Shown here one piece after another: positions 50,439-63,155 of a stretch of DNA of 64,000 nucleotides. The DNA is from Moniliella sp. 'wahieum' (Eukaryota). The notes under the pieces were generated by a model that was not told where the DNA came from, did not search any database, and saw only the letters and a program-made list of their open reading frames with translations. The DNA is taken from contig RSEE01000026.1 of the NCBI GenBank assembly GCA_003971905.1, forward strand, positions 310,001 to 374,000, given 5' to 3'. Every line of letters begins with the position of its first letter. Position 1 is the stretch's first letter. A program made the translations under genes and the position numbers.

Positions 50439-52582
50439 ATGTCGCTGCAGGTCAACCTGACCTCCCCTCAGATCCGCACCGCCTATGAGGCGGTGCGCAA
50501 CGGATCCGAGGACTACCTCATCCTCTCCTACGAGCGCGGCTTTTCCAACGACCTCCGCGTCCACGCCGAGGGCAGCGGCTCTCTCGCCGATGTCGCCGAC
50601 GAGTTCAGCGACGGCAAGATCATGTATGCCTATGTCCGCGTCATTGACCCCAACACCCAGCTGCCCAAGTTTGTGCTCATCAATTGGTGCGGCGAAGGCG
50701 TGCCCACGACCAAAAAGGGTCTCTTCCCCTCCCACTCCCAGGCCGTCGCTCGCTTCCTTACCCCGGCTCACGTTACCATTCAGGCTCGCGACGATGACGA
50801 TGTCGACCCGAAAGCCATCATGAAGAAAGTCACCGACTCGTCGGGCGCCAAGTATTCCGTTGCTGGGGACGCTGCCCATGCTCGTCCGACGCCCATTGCG
50901 GCCGTTGGTACGGCGTACAAGCCGATCGGGACCCCTGATATCAAGGGGCTCCAAGCGCAGGCCAAGCCCGAGCCCATCACACCTACCGGTACCGCCTACC
51001 AGAGCAGGAAAAACGAATTGGCCGAGATTCGTGCGCGCGCGGCCTCGGGACGCGTGGATGAGTCGGCACCCTCGGCCCTCGGCCACCGCCCAACAAGCCC
51101 ACCCCTGCTCCGGCACATCGGTTCGGCGCCCCTGCCCCTGGTGGATTCGGCGGCGTCAAGACAGCGCCTGCGCACGACGACGATGATGAGTTTGCAGCAC
51201 CCAAGCCTTCGGCGATTCGGCGGCCAACGCTACCGCGTCCGCAGCTACCGCAGCACCAGGTGCGTTCCGAGGTCCTGCTCCGGTCGTGCGCGGTCCGGCG
51301 TTTGGTTCACCCAAGCCGAGCGTGACACGCTCCGTGCCGCCCCCTGCTGCTGTACCTACTCCTCCTGCTGCCCCTCCTGCTCCTGCGCCTGCTGCGCCAA
51401 GCCCAAGGTTGAGGAGCCTGAGGAGGCCGACCGAATTCAGCCAGTGGGTACCACCTACGAGCCCGTCAAGCTCAAGCCGGGCAAGTTGGCTATGAACCGC
51501 TTCCCCTTCAACCAGCCTGCTGAACCCGAGCCGGCTCCTATCCCGCGCGCCCATAACACTGGCAAGCTGACCTGGTCCCAGCGCCAGGAACAGGCGCGCA
51601 AAGCTCGGGAAGCCGAGGAGGCCCAGTCTGCCGCTTCGCTCGAGTCCACACCCAAGCCTACTCCGTCGTTTGGAGGTGTGGCTACGGGTGCTGCGGTCGG
51701 CGCTGGCGCAGCTGCTGGATTTGGCGCAGCACGGGCCATGTTCAACCACCCGCAGGAAGAGGAGGCAGCTCCAGCCCCGCCCCCGCCTCCGCCGGCCGCT
51801 CCTGCTTTTGCTGCTGGGTCTCAGCCCGAACCCGAAGTGGCTGCCGTAACCACATCGCTGGCTGCCACGAACCTGGGCGGGGAAGGTCCCGTGGCGATTG
51901 CGGTGTATGACTATGCGGCAGAGGAAGAGGGAGAGCTGACGCTGGTGGAGGGGATGAAGGTGACCAACTTGGACATGACGGATGAAGGGTGGTGGTCGGG
52001 CACGGCACCAGATGGAACGACGGGTCTGTTCCCGGCGTCGTATGTGGAGGTGCAAGAGGCAGGAGAGGCAGTTCCGGCGCCTGCGCCTCCGCCTCCTCCG
52101 CCTGCGCCGGTCCAAGTGGAGCCGGAGGAAGAGGCAGCGCCGCCTCCGCCCCACCTCCACCTCCGCCTCCTATGCCCTCGGCCGAGGTGGAAGAAGAGGA
52201 AGCTGCGCCCCCTCCTCCTCCTCCGCCGCCGCCCCCTCCTGCGCCAGTGGCCATGGAGGAAGAGGAAGCAGCGCCTCCTCCGCCTCCTCCTCCTCCGCCA
52301 CCTCCTCCAGCCCCGGCAGCCGAGCCGGAAGAAGATTTGGCGCCGCCTCCACCGCCGCCCCCGCCTCCCCCTCCGGCTGCCGCTGCCCCTGCAGCGACCG
52401 ACCAAGGTCAAACGGCAGTGGCGCTGTACGACTATGAAGCGGGCGACGAGACGGAGCTGTCGTTTGCCGAGGGCGACGAGCTGATCCAGATTGAGTATCC
52501 GTCGGACGAGTGGTGGCAAGGCGTCAACCCGCGAACGGGCAGCGAGGGTTACTTCCCGTCGAATTATGTCGAGCTGCGCTAA
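50439..52582 (+). CDS. ABP1: Abp1/drebrin-like actin-binding protein (ADF-H domain, Pro-rich region, two SH3 domains)
   Basis: EFSDGKIMYAYVRVIDPNTQLPKFVLINWCGEGVP; SH3 AVYDYAAEEEGELT..GWWSG..GLFPASYVE and ALYDYEAGDETELSF..EWWQG..GYFPSNYVEL. Confidence 0.92.
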
Positions 52583-52936
52583 CTCCAGCTTGAAGCTTGA
52601 AGTGCCGCCCGGGCGTGCACTGCTCGGTGTCATCCGCCCTGCGTGGGCGCGTGGCAGCAGATCCGGAACCAAAGACAGTCACTTTCCCTCTGCCTGATGT
52701 GTGTGTGTGTTGTGTGGCAGGCTACAGGGGGTCCGCAGCGAGCGAAGGCAGGTAGGTGTGCAGACAGAACGAACATAGATGAAGCATGCGGAGCACATAG
52801 AGGGGCCAGCCATGAGTGGTAACACAGCACTAGGGTTGTGTCAGCGGGGCAGTCGGGCCTGGGCGTATCAGATGCAGTGGTGATTTCGGTGATTGAGTTG
52901 GCGATGGGATGGATGGGGACGTCATTTTGACCGGCG

Positions 52937-55928
52937 ATGGCCGCTACAGACAACCAACCGCAATCCCAGGCGCAGGCCGAGGCTACTGGCAGCCCCAGGC
53001 AGACCGAACCGCAGGACGCTGCCTGGCTGCCCCTCCACGCCGCGAGCATGCGCCTCCTCTCGCCGCTGCGACCCAACCAGCGCCGCTCCCGCTCCGCTTC
53101 GCCCGGGCCCTCTGCGCTGTCCGCCCCAGCTGCCGTCCCATCCGCCTCTGCCTCTGCCTCCGGCTCTACCTCTGCCTCTGCCTCCGCATCCCCGTTCCCC
53201 TCCCCCTCCTCCTCGCCCCCCCGCTCGCCTTGCCCGTCCTCGTCCAGCGCACTCACCACCTGGTCCACCAAGCTGCAGGAGGCCAAAGCGCGCGGCACGC
53301 AGGCTACCAAGCTCGAGCTTGCCGGCGAGCTGGACCAGGCATTGCAGGCCTACTTTGATGCGGGCCAGCGGTACCTGTGGCTTGTGGCGCACTACCCTTC
53401 TGCCCGCCGGCCTCGGCCCCCAGCCAGCAAAAACTCAAGACCCATCTCTCCCTCCTCATCAAGCGCGGAGAGAGCATCAAAGCCGCCCGTCCGGCCGTCA
53501 AGGCGCCGCAAGAGGACGTGTTGAGTGCCGAAAGCCAAGATCGCGTCCTTCGGCTTTCTGGCGTGATCATGGGCCATGCTGCCCGCCTGGTCCCCTGAGG
53601 CGGTACGCGTGCCCCCACCCCCGCTGCCCCGCCCTCCACTGTCAGAGGAACAAACGGCGGCCGACGCCCACTTCCTCCCTGCTCTCCCAGGCAGAGTGGT
53701 GTATGAGGACAAGGGCCTGACAGCCGATGCGCTGGTGCAGGACCGCGTGGCCGATTGCAGTACTGTGGTGGCCTTGCAGGCCATGGTCTTGCACGACTGC
53801 AGGTGGGGCTCCAACGTACGTATCCCTGCTACTTTGTCTCGTGGGTTGCCTCTAACCCCCCCCCCCTCGTGTATCCTTGCCAGCTCGTGCGCCAGCGGAT
53901 CTACCCACAAGAGCGTGGGGTGCCCTCTCCCGCTTCTGACAACGTCTACCGCATCAAACTGTTTTTCAACGGGATCGATCGCTTGGCCGTCAAACGACGA
54001 ATTGCCACAGGTAGAGGGCGAATTGGTCTGTGCGCGCACCCTCGACGGGAAGCAAATCTGGCCCGGGCTAATGGAGAAGGCGTACCTTTGCCTCGCAGGA
54101 CAGGAGGGCGGATACAGCTTCAATGGTTCGGATCCAGGCGTGGACCTACGTGCCCTATCGGGATGGGTGCCAGAGCACATTGACCTCTCCCATGGTGTCT
54201 CCATTGCGGACCGGAGCAAGTTTCGTCCCGAACGGGCCTGGCAGCGGATCTATGCGGCGTTTAACAAGCCTGGTTGCCTTTTGGCCGCCGGTACGCCGTG
54301 CGGGGTGAGCTGGGCAGAAGAAGCGTTTGTCGTGTCGGGCGGGCTGCTGGTTACCTCGCATGCGTATGCGGTGGTGGATATGTATGTTACCTCGACTGGG
54401 GAGCGGAGGATTACGCTTCTCAATCCTTGGTCGGCGCAACGAATGAAGAATTGTATCGCCTCCATGCCGACGAGGCGCTTGCTTCCCACTTGGAGGGATT
54501 TGGTCTGTCGGAGAGCAAAGAGCAGTACCTGGCACGGACAATGGATTTGGGCTGGACCGAGTTCTGTACCCGCATGGGATCCGTCTTTCTCACCCTCAAC
54601 CCGGCTCTCTGGGCACACAACACCACAGCTCACGTTTCGTGGGACCCCCCGCGTGCAGGCCAAGGCGAGCGCGAATTTGCTACGAGCAAACAGTTTGTCC
54701 TTACCCTCGCGCCCTCGGGCGAGGAAGGGGAGGTATGGGTGTTGCTCGAACGACATCTACCCCGCACCGCCGCTCATGCCAACCACATCTCGCTCAAACT
54801 GGTCGAGACAACGCGGAAGGCTCAGAGGAGGCGTACGAGCGGTTGGTCCAGGCGCGCGATACGCGTCAACGGGTGTACTGGCTGGATGCGCCCCAGTGCA
54901 TGCACAAGATCCCCTTGCGCCCGCCGAGGGCGGTAGGACATTTCTCATCACTGCGTCCTGCGTCCCGTCCAAGAAGGAGGAGATGGCAGAAGCTCGGTTC
55001 AGCTTGACCATTCTCTCCCCGCCCCTACCGAGTTGACCGTGCCGTCACTCGACTTGCCCATCACGTTGTGCTGTCAGGCCAGTGGAAAGCTCGGTCTGCC
55101 GGCGGGAGCTCCCTTCATCCCACGTTTTTGCACAACCCGCAATGGTCCGTTGGAATTACGTCCGAGGCCGATGTGCGGGTGGCGCTGCACTGTGCCCAGG
55201 CGGATGCCTTGGTCGCCGCTCACTCGTGCGCTCCACGGGGGGGCGCGTGTCCACTCTTTCGGCGCCAACGGGGGAGAGTAAAGTGGTGGTGGTGGGCTCG
55301 ACGGGTCCGTACGACAGTGGCTTGGTCTCCTTTTCCGCTCGCTCGCTCGCCCCGGGAACGTATACGCTTGTAGTGTCCACCTACGATCCGGGCGTGGAAG
55401 CCGAGTTTAGCCTCCAACTTGAATCCACCGTGCCCCTTACTACGCGCTTCCTCCCACCGGAGGGAAGCGGCCTGTTTCCCCGCTCGGCCTACGGCGTGTG
55501 GGCAAGAGACGAGGCGGTGGCTGTGCCCGCAGCGGCCGAAGTGGATGCCGGCCCGAACGCTGTGGTGGTACGAGGCTATGCGGCTGGATCCCCGTCCCAT
55601 GCACGAGGGCAGTACGCACGCAACCCCTCGGTCCGGGTGGTTTTGGCCACCGCTGCGCATCTCCAGCGCGCCTGGTTGCGTATGGCGTGCCAGGTGCCCC
55701 ACGGCCATTTGCCAACGTCAGCCTGTTTACTCCGCAGGCAGGCCAGTTGGGCACCGCCGTTGCCACCAGCGGCGCCTACACCGATTCGCTCGCGGGCGCT
55801 TGGCTACCCTCGTCGCCTGTCCCCGCGGCGAGCATCAACTGGTGCTGTCTACGTTTGCGCCGTGGACAGGCGCGTTTGTGCTGCACGTGTATGCTGACCG
55901 CCTCTTCTCGCTCGAGACGGAGGAGTAG
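52937..55928 (+). CDS. palB: Calpain-like protease PalB/Rim13 (MIT domain, CysPc, calpain-III domains)
   Basis: MIT-like ATKLELAGELDQALQAYFDAGQRYL; catalytic QDRVADCS, SHAYAVVD, LLNPW; WPGLMEKAY, GWVPEHI; HNPQW; LVVSTYDP. Confidence 0.88.
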
Positions 55929-56347
55929 GCGGCGGGAGGCGGAGGCGTCATTCTATTTAACCTGTTCCCGAGCTGGAGAGAGCGGAAGCAAGGCAAGTTG
56001 GTCGCTGGTCTGGACATAGCATGCATAGGTGGCGAGGGGAGGCCTGAGGTTCAGGCCTGAGGGGCGCGTCGAAGGTGTTGTGGATGCGTGGCTGCGGCGC
56101 GGCGTGGCGGCCATCGATCGGAGCGTCGTCGCACGTGGGGCGGCGAACGTGCCCCAGTCGGTTGCAGACGCTGGGGTTACCGGTTAGATCTTAGACGGCT
56201 CGCCGGCTATCTCCACACTCGGTTCAACATGCAATCACCAATCTTAATCAGTCCTCACTTAATCAGCCCCGCCGCCTGCATGCCTCCCCTAAGCCCCTTT
56301 CGTACGTCCACGCCGCCATCCCACCCGTCCCTCCCGCCGCCACCACC

Positions 56348-58598
56348 ATGCCAGCTCCTCCCCGCCGCTCCGCTGGCTCCGCCGACCCCCCGCCCCTCCC
56401 ACTCGTTCTACCGGCCGCGACGTGGCACCCGCCCGCGCCCGCCAGCAACCCGGTGCTCCCGCGGGCCAGCGCACTGGCGCCCACACAGCCCACCCTCCTG
56501 CTTACTCTGCCGCCCACCTCCCTTGTCTTCGCCCGCCGCAGGCGCTATCAGTCCGCTCGACCGCCCGTATGTGGCAGTGTCGGTGGACGAACAGGTCTCC
56601 GATGAAGCGGAAGAGGCGCAGCTCATTGTCCCCAGTCCCAAGCTCGATGAAAAGCGTCCCCAACCACCCCTTCGGCTTGCCCCGTCCCGTCCCCTGTCCC
56701 ACGCCGGCCTGGACTGCGTTCGTTCTAGTTGGCCTTTATGTCGTGGCGGGGACACTAGCCATCGTGCGCCCGTCGGTGCCTTGCCCAGGCCAGCGCTTCG
56801 CCACATGCGCCATGCCTACCAGCACGACGCCCATAGCCCTGCGCAGGCGGTCGCCCTGGCCACCCAAAGGCAAAGCACCCAAGAAGACCAACGTGATCTT
56901 CATGATCTCGGATGGGTTTGGGCCGGCTAGTGAACGTTGACTCGAGCGTTTACCCAGGCTTTGCGGCCAAGGTGCCGATGCAAGTGCGCCGGTGCACCCT
57001 CCTCCGGCCCAGCTGCCGCTGGAAGTTCCTCGTTGGTCAACACCGTTCGATGAGCACCGACAGTCTGGTGACCGACTCGGCCGCTGGAGCCACCGCATTT
57101 GCTTCGGCAGCAAGAGCTACAACGGTGCGATTGGTGTGGTGGCCAATGTGTCTGGCCCGGGGGTACCAGTCCTGTGGCCACCCTGTTTCGAAGCGGCCAA
57201 GCTGCAAAAGGGGCTCTTGACCGGCGTGGTGGTCACGTCCCGTCTGACGGACGCTACCACCAGCCTGTTTATCTCGCATCGGATGATCGGTCGATGGAGC
57301 CTCTGATTGCGAACACATTGTCCGTGCAGTCTCAATGGTCTCTCTACCCGCCCAGCATGGCTCAGGGACCAGCACTACAACGTATCCACGCACCGTCGAT
57401 TTGGCCATTGGCGGAGGTGCGTGCGCCTTCCTGCCTTCGACCCACCCCCTCAAGCTGCCGCAAGGACCTGTCGATCTTCTTTCCGAAGCTCGTCTGGGGG
57501 AGTGGAACGTCGCGGCTCGTGGTTGGATGCGAAGGATCCGGTCCCAGTCCACTGGATCGGGCGCCCACGGTGCAGCCGAATTGACACCGGATCTTATGGA
57601 GCATGAGGTGTCGGGTCCGATTGGGGACCGGTCTACTTGGGTGCCAGAAGTGTTGAAGGCCAAGAGCGCGACGGGTACTGCAATTCCGTTCCTTGGATTG
57701 ATGGCGCCTTACAACACGCCGTACGAGGTGGACCGTCTGCAGTCTGGCTACCCACCCGGGGTCCGAGGAGGAAGCCCACGCGCGCTGGCCTTCCCTCAAA
57801 GAGTTGGGCATGGGCGCCATCCATGCTCTCCATGCCGACCAAACCAACGAGAATGGGTTTATGCTCATGATTGAAGGCTCTCAGATCGACCTGTGTGCAC
57901 ACGAGAATGACCCAGCGTGCCATGCGTTCGAGGCGTCCGCGTACCAAGACACCATTGCTGCTGTCTCGGCCTGGGTCGATGCGCACAACAATGAGGAGGA
58001 GGAGACCATCCTCATCTCCACCTCGGACCACGAGACTGGGGGGCTGACTCTCGGGCGGCAACTGACCCCAGCGTACCCCAACCGCCTACTACCCTGAACG
58101 CCTCATCCACGCCAAGGCCAGCGCAGCCACGTTGAGTCGCAAATTGGTGACCCATGTCACAGCTGCCTCGGCATCGCACCAGCCCGTTTCCAAGTCCAAG
58201 CTAGAAGAGTGGGTACGGATCCAGATTCTTGGCCAGGGGGGAGCAGGATTTGGTCCCAAGACTGGCGGGCCCGTGCGGGATGAAGAGGTGGCGGTGTGTG
58301 ATGACCTGTCTGGATTGGCTCGAGCCCGAGTCGGCGCAAGCTGCCATGATGGTGCCCCCGATCAACACGCATGATACTTGTCGCCGCGCCATTGCCGACC
58401 TCGTTTCGCGGCGGGTCGAGGTGGGTTGGTCACGCAAGGCCACACGGGGGTCGATATCAATGTGTATGCGCATGGCGCTCCGGTCGTTGCGGACCTCAAG
58501 GGCAACATGGACAATACGGAGGTGGCCCAGTCATTGCCACCACGCTCCAGCTGGATTTGGATGCCATCACACAGCAACTGCAAGCGTCGTACCAGTAA
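56348..58598 (+). CDS. PHO8: Vacuolar-type alkaline phosphatase (start approximate)
   Basis: NVIFMISDGFGPASE, VTDSAAGATAF, TGVVVTSRLTDAT, EGSQIDLCAHEND, TSDHETGGL, GHTGVDINVYAHG, GNMDNTEV; N-terminal TM segment. Confidence 0.9.
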
Positions 58599-59271
58599 GG
58601 TTTTGGCCGGCCAGTGTTCCAGTTTCCTTGTGCCCCTTTTTGCCCTGTGCGCAGCCACTTCACAGCCCTCTCCTCTTGGCGCAATCATATGAATTCAACT
58701 CCATCGCCCTGTAGCATGCCCCCATTATGTGCCCTGCCAGAAGATGGTACTGAGATGGGGTGGTGATGGAGAGGAGAAGGAGCGGGGGGTTGAACGTTGA
58801 CTTGGCAGAGGTGCGACGGTCAAAATCGAACAAATGCGACGACACCGAAAAAGAGTGACTGCCCCCAGAATCGAACTGAGAATAACAGAGCTCGTAGAGC
58901 TTTACGATCGTGTCTCCACAATCTGTCGTGATACCTTTTCACCAGGCAATCGTTGTGAACGCGAAGAAATAAACAGCATCAGTACGAGAGCCAACTGCAC
59001 CTGGTTAGTTCCAAACCCAAACCAAACAAAGCCCCATCCAGCAATGCTGTGATCACGCATCACGCGTCACCCGCGGGCACTAATCACCGATTTCAATCTG
59101 GTTTCCCAATCCTCTCGGCCGAGCGGAGGAGCAGGCCACACCCCAGCGCTCTTTTCACACAGCCGCCCGACGACGCGACGGACGGCCGCAGCCAGCGGCC
59201 CTCAGCGACCATCACCCGTCGCCGTGCCCAGCCCCAACGCCCTCCGCCCACCATAGCGCCCTCCCGCCCCC

Positions 59272-60940
59272 ATGTCTGCCGCCCACCGGAGCACCCTCCG
59301 CACACCATCCCTCCCCGCCGACCCCCGCTCCCCCGCTTCTGCCTGTGCAGCAAGCCTAGGGCCTCGTCGGGACCGGTGTCGGAACCCCCCGCCGCGCCTG
59401 CACCAACATCATCACCCCAGCGCTGGTCCTTCCTATCCCACCACCCCCTCGGCGCCACAAGAAGAGGCATGCCATCGTAGAGAGTCCAAGCCTGAATCGG
59501 TGCTCGAGGCAGAGTACGAACTCGCACGCGTCGCAAACCCAAACGCGGCATTGCTGCACCACGTCGCTGGCTCCCGATGGCCCAGGCGCCCAGTTACCCA
59601 TCCGACCAACGTCGCCTCACCTGACCATGAAGTAGTTGTGTTTGGTTTCCCTGCTTTTGGTTTTCCCCGCTGTGTTCCCATGCTAATCGCGTCGCAGCCG
59701 AGACTACCGCCCCTCCCAGGTTATGGCCTAGATTGAGTGCGCCGCACCTCACAGCCCATGTCCAGTCTCCCCCGAACGTTTCCCCCCTCCGCACGGTACA
59801 ATGAGACGATGAGCAAACTGGTCGTATCGAGTCCCGACGTGAGCCAAGTGTCCAGACTGACAAGCCTCGGGGCACACAAAAAGCGTGCGAAGACTTGGAT
59901 CGACGATACGGATCGACAACGGATCGTCAGCACGCGGCGGCTAATCCGGGAATGAAAACAGGGTGACATTGCTGCGCTCTTTCGGTTGGAGCGGAGTACA
60001 GTGAGCAAAATCTGAAGCACAAGGACCGGTACTTGGCCATGAAGGTCGACGAGCCCTTCCTTGCTCAAGATCGCACGATCCGCCGCCCCGAACTGGAGAG
60101 CAAGTTGCTGGCGTACGTGCATGGCTGGCATCGGAAGGAGCGCCGCTCCCGGACAACCACATGCTCCGTGCCAAAGCCGCTGAGATTGACATGAGCCTGC
60201 GGGCAAGCCAGCCACCAGAACGGGAGGCAAGTGCGTCAGGCAGTCATGTGCTCAGTGGCTCCCCCGGCCTCCCTTTTGACCATCCGATGCGGCTTTCCGA
60301 CTTTCGGGCACGGAACCGCCTCATGGACCCTTCTCTGATGTCGCAGACAGACCGGAACGCAACCTGAGCAGCATGCGCCCAATGGGCCCGCATCCGCTCC
60401 TGCCTGGTGCCAAGCACCAGTCGCCTACCTGGAACGACCCGAGTCCCTGTGGCAAGGACCCAACATGTCACCCGGGGCTAACCTACCACCCTGGCGTTCA
60501 CTCCGCCTCCCCAGGGCCCATCTCGCTGCATGATGCCGACTTGGCCGTGTGCACGCTGCTCCGGTTTGTACGGGAACAACCCGAAGGAGCGTGTTCGCCC
60601 CAGCATCAGTACGTGTTGGGTCCTACAAACCGCGATTGCAGGCCTTACGGCTACTCGGGCGGCGGAGGCGCCTGCCGCGCTGCACCAGACGGATGCGCAG
60701 GTGCAGCCGGTGCAGGGCGCCACGCCCAAACCTCCCACGACGCTCCCTCAGCCACGCCCCCCTTGGTCCTTGAACCTGGTGTTGGCCCCCGCCCCTGCTC
60801 GCCCTGAGATTCTCGCCGCCTCCGAACGACACAAGCCAAATCCCGAATCTAATGGGTTCGATTCCCCAGCTCCTCTCGGCCACAGGTACCGCCGTGGCGC
60901 CCGTACCGGCCGCTCCCTCCCTCCATCCCGCAAGGGATGA
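59272..60940 (+). CDS. CENP-B/pogo-type tandem HTH DNA-binding protein without a DDE domain (ends approximate)
   Basis: KRAKTWIDDTDRQRI..KQGDIAALFRLERSTVSKILKHKDRYL (HTH_psq-like) then PELESKLLAYV..MLRAKAAEI..LSDFRARN (Tc5 HTH-like), across frameshifts. Confidence 0.65.
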
Positions 60941-62054
60941 GCGTGATGAACCTGTCCCACCGCAACCAGCGTCGCCCCCGCGTTCGTCCTAAACGATGAT
61001 ATATTTCTTATTACCGCATATGCATAGAGAGGATGTTTGAGCATTGGTGCGAGAAGCCAGGGTTTGGTCGTGGTGAGCATGCGGGATGACCACCAAAGAT
61101 CATCGATCAAGGCGCAAGTGGACTTGGTGAGAAGCACAGTGGAGCAAATCGGCCAAGCCAGTTGAAGCATTGCACTTCGCAATGCAGGACAGGGTGCGAT
61201 CTGATGTGGTGCATGATCGATGAACAGTTGATCGATAATGGGTGATCGGATTCGATATTCTGATGGTAATGTCGATCGGCACTGGTTGGCCCGAGAAGGC
61301 GCCGCCCCGAGACTAGCGACTGGATTATTAGAGCCTCAGGATGCTGAGGCGCTGACGCATTGACGGTACTCAGTACCGGGTACTGAGTATACTGAGGGCA
61401 CCAGAATATACGAATGCTGTCTGGATCCTGCTAACCCTCAGGACCAGAAAAGTTCGATCACGAGATTTTGGCCTCTGAGACGCTCAGCTTGTGGCTGGGC
61501 GGCTGTGGAGATGCGGATGGTCGATGGCACAATAAGTTGCCCTCTGGGTGCCGCGTGCGTTGCTCGCGTTACGCGTTACGAGGTACTGCCGACCGGCTAC
61601 CGATGGCCGATGTTCGGTGGTGGACGCGGGAAACAGACCACCAAGCACGAGGCAAGAGAGGGTGTCTGTTAGCTAAGACCGCCACGTCCAACAGGTCCGT
61701 GCGCAGACGTGGTCACGCGGAACGGAGCGCACCCCATCGCGCGGTGACGTCAGCGTGCCTGGCTGTGGCGGTCACTGCGGAGAGGACAGGATGATGTCGA
61801 TGATCGATCGGCTGGGTGTGTCGATAGAGCACCACGATCGGGGGGGGCTACGCGCGATGGCCCACGATGCCCGGCATGAGCCCCATGCGCACCGGAACGT
61901 CTGAACGCTGAGGGATGCTGCGTAACCCGCGCAAGACCTGCCTGGGCGAGGCAGGGCGTATATATATACCTCTGACCATCTAGCTGTCTGCCTTGTTGCT
62001 TCTCGCCCAGCTCCTCCCCTCTACCTTTTTTCACTCTCTCTTTCCAGTCTCACC

Positions 62055-62548
62055 ATGCCACGTCAGTTCTTCAAGGTGGTCTACAAGGCCGAGCACGACG
62101 CGCAAGAGGAGTTCAATGTGGTGGTCAATGGCCCCGAGTACGAGGCATGGAAGAAGGGGACAAGACCATCCCCTAACCGACGTTGTCGACTCGTTGACAT
62201 TTTGTTACCCCCCAGGGCAGCCAAGGCATCATGGGTCGTGCCAGCAGCAGCAGCTCGACAATGCCTTTGGCTCCCACAAGGACGATGTGGTGGTTGCTGA
62301 GATCCTGGAGAAAGGGTCTCTTCTGTCTGCTAGTATGTCCGCCTCTGCCTTTTTGGGCTTTCTGCTCCCCCCTTTCCCCCCACGCCTGTCCGCATCAGGC
62401 GCAACCTGTCCTTTTGTGTCGGATCATCGCCGAGAAACTGACCTGACTTCTTGCATCCAACAGGCGCCAAAGATGGGTACTCCACTACGAACGACAGCAA
62501 GCTCGCGGGTAACAGTGTATCCAAGGCGCTACCCACGGAGGTCGGTAA
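62055..62548 (+). CDS. RTC3: SBDS/Sdo1-like small protein (Rtc3 family)
   Basis: KVVYKAE..EEFNVVVN..EYEAWKKG, PLTDVVDS, GRAS..QQLDNAFGSHKDDVVVAEILEKG; intron about 62333-62463; TATATATATA at about 61959. Confidence 0.82.
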
Positions 62549-63155
62549 ACCGAGTTGCAGGGATTCTAATGAGCAAGCCCGAGCGCTTCGGGTGCCCGAT
62601 ACTATCGCGTTTGCACCGCGCTGCGTTCCTCGTGTGCTTCCCAACAAGCGTATTGAAGCTGAGAGGGAAGCGGGGTACGATCAACGCCGAGACAGCTGCA
62701 ACGCTCAAGTGAAGGCGTGGATTAACGTGGATCGTGCCATATACTGTGCAAGTATACTCAGTTGATATACACATCGGATACCTGCTACATTCGCAATCCA
62801 AGTTCCAAGTGCGAACACCTGCCACGGTGTATTATATGGATAGATGTTAGACCACCGAGACGCGAAGTAATAGGAGCAGGGCGTGGTACGATGGCCACAA
62901 TCCTTGATACCCCAAAGCAAGCAGAAGCCTACGACTGGAGGGCGGGGACATCGTTAGTCTATTACCAGGAGAATTGAGGAAGGGACGTTCAGCGCGTTCT
63001 TCTTGGGGCACTTCACAAAACGTGCCTGTTGCTCATCGTCCATCCCTGATTTCTATGTCCCCGAGATCCTACAAGGAGCCTTCTTTGTATCCTTCATCAT
63101 AATTGGCGATGATGGATTCGGACCTATAGGCCATCAAGGATTTGGCAGAGGCCTC

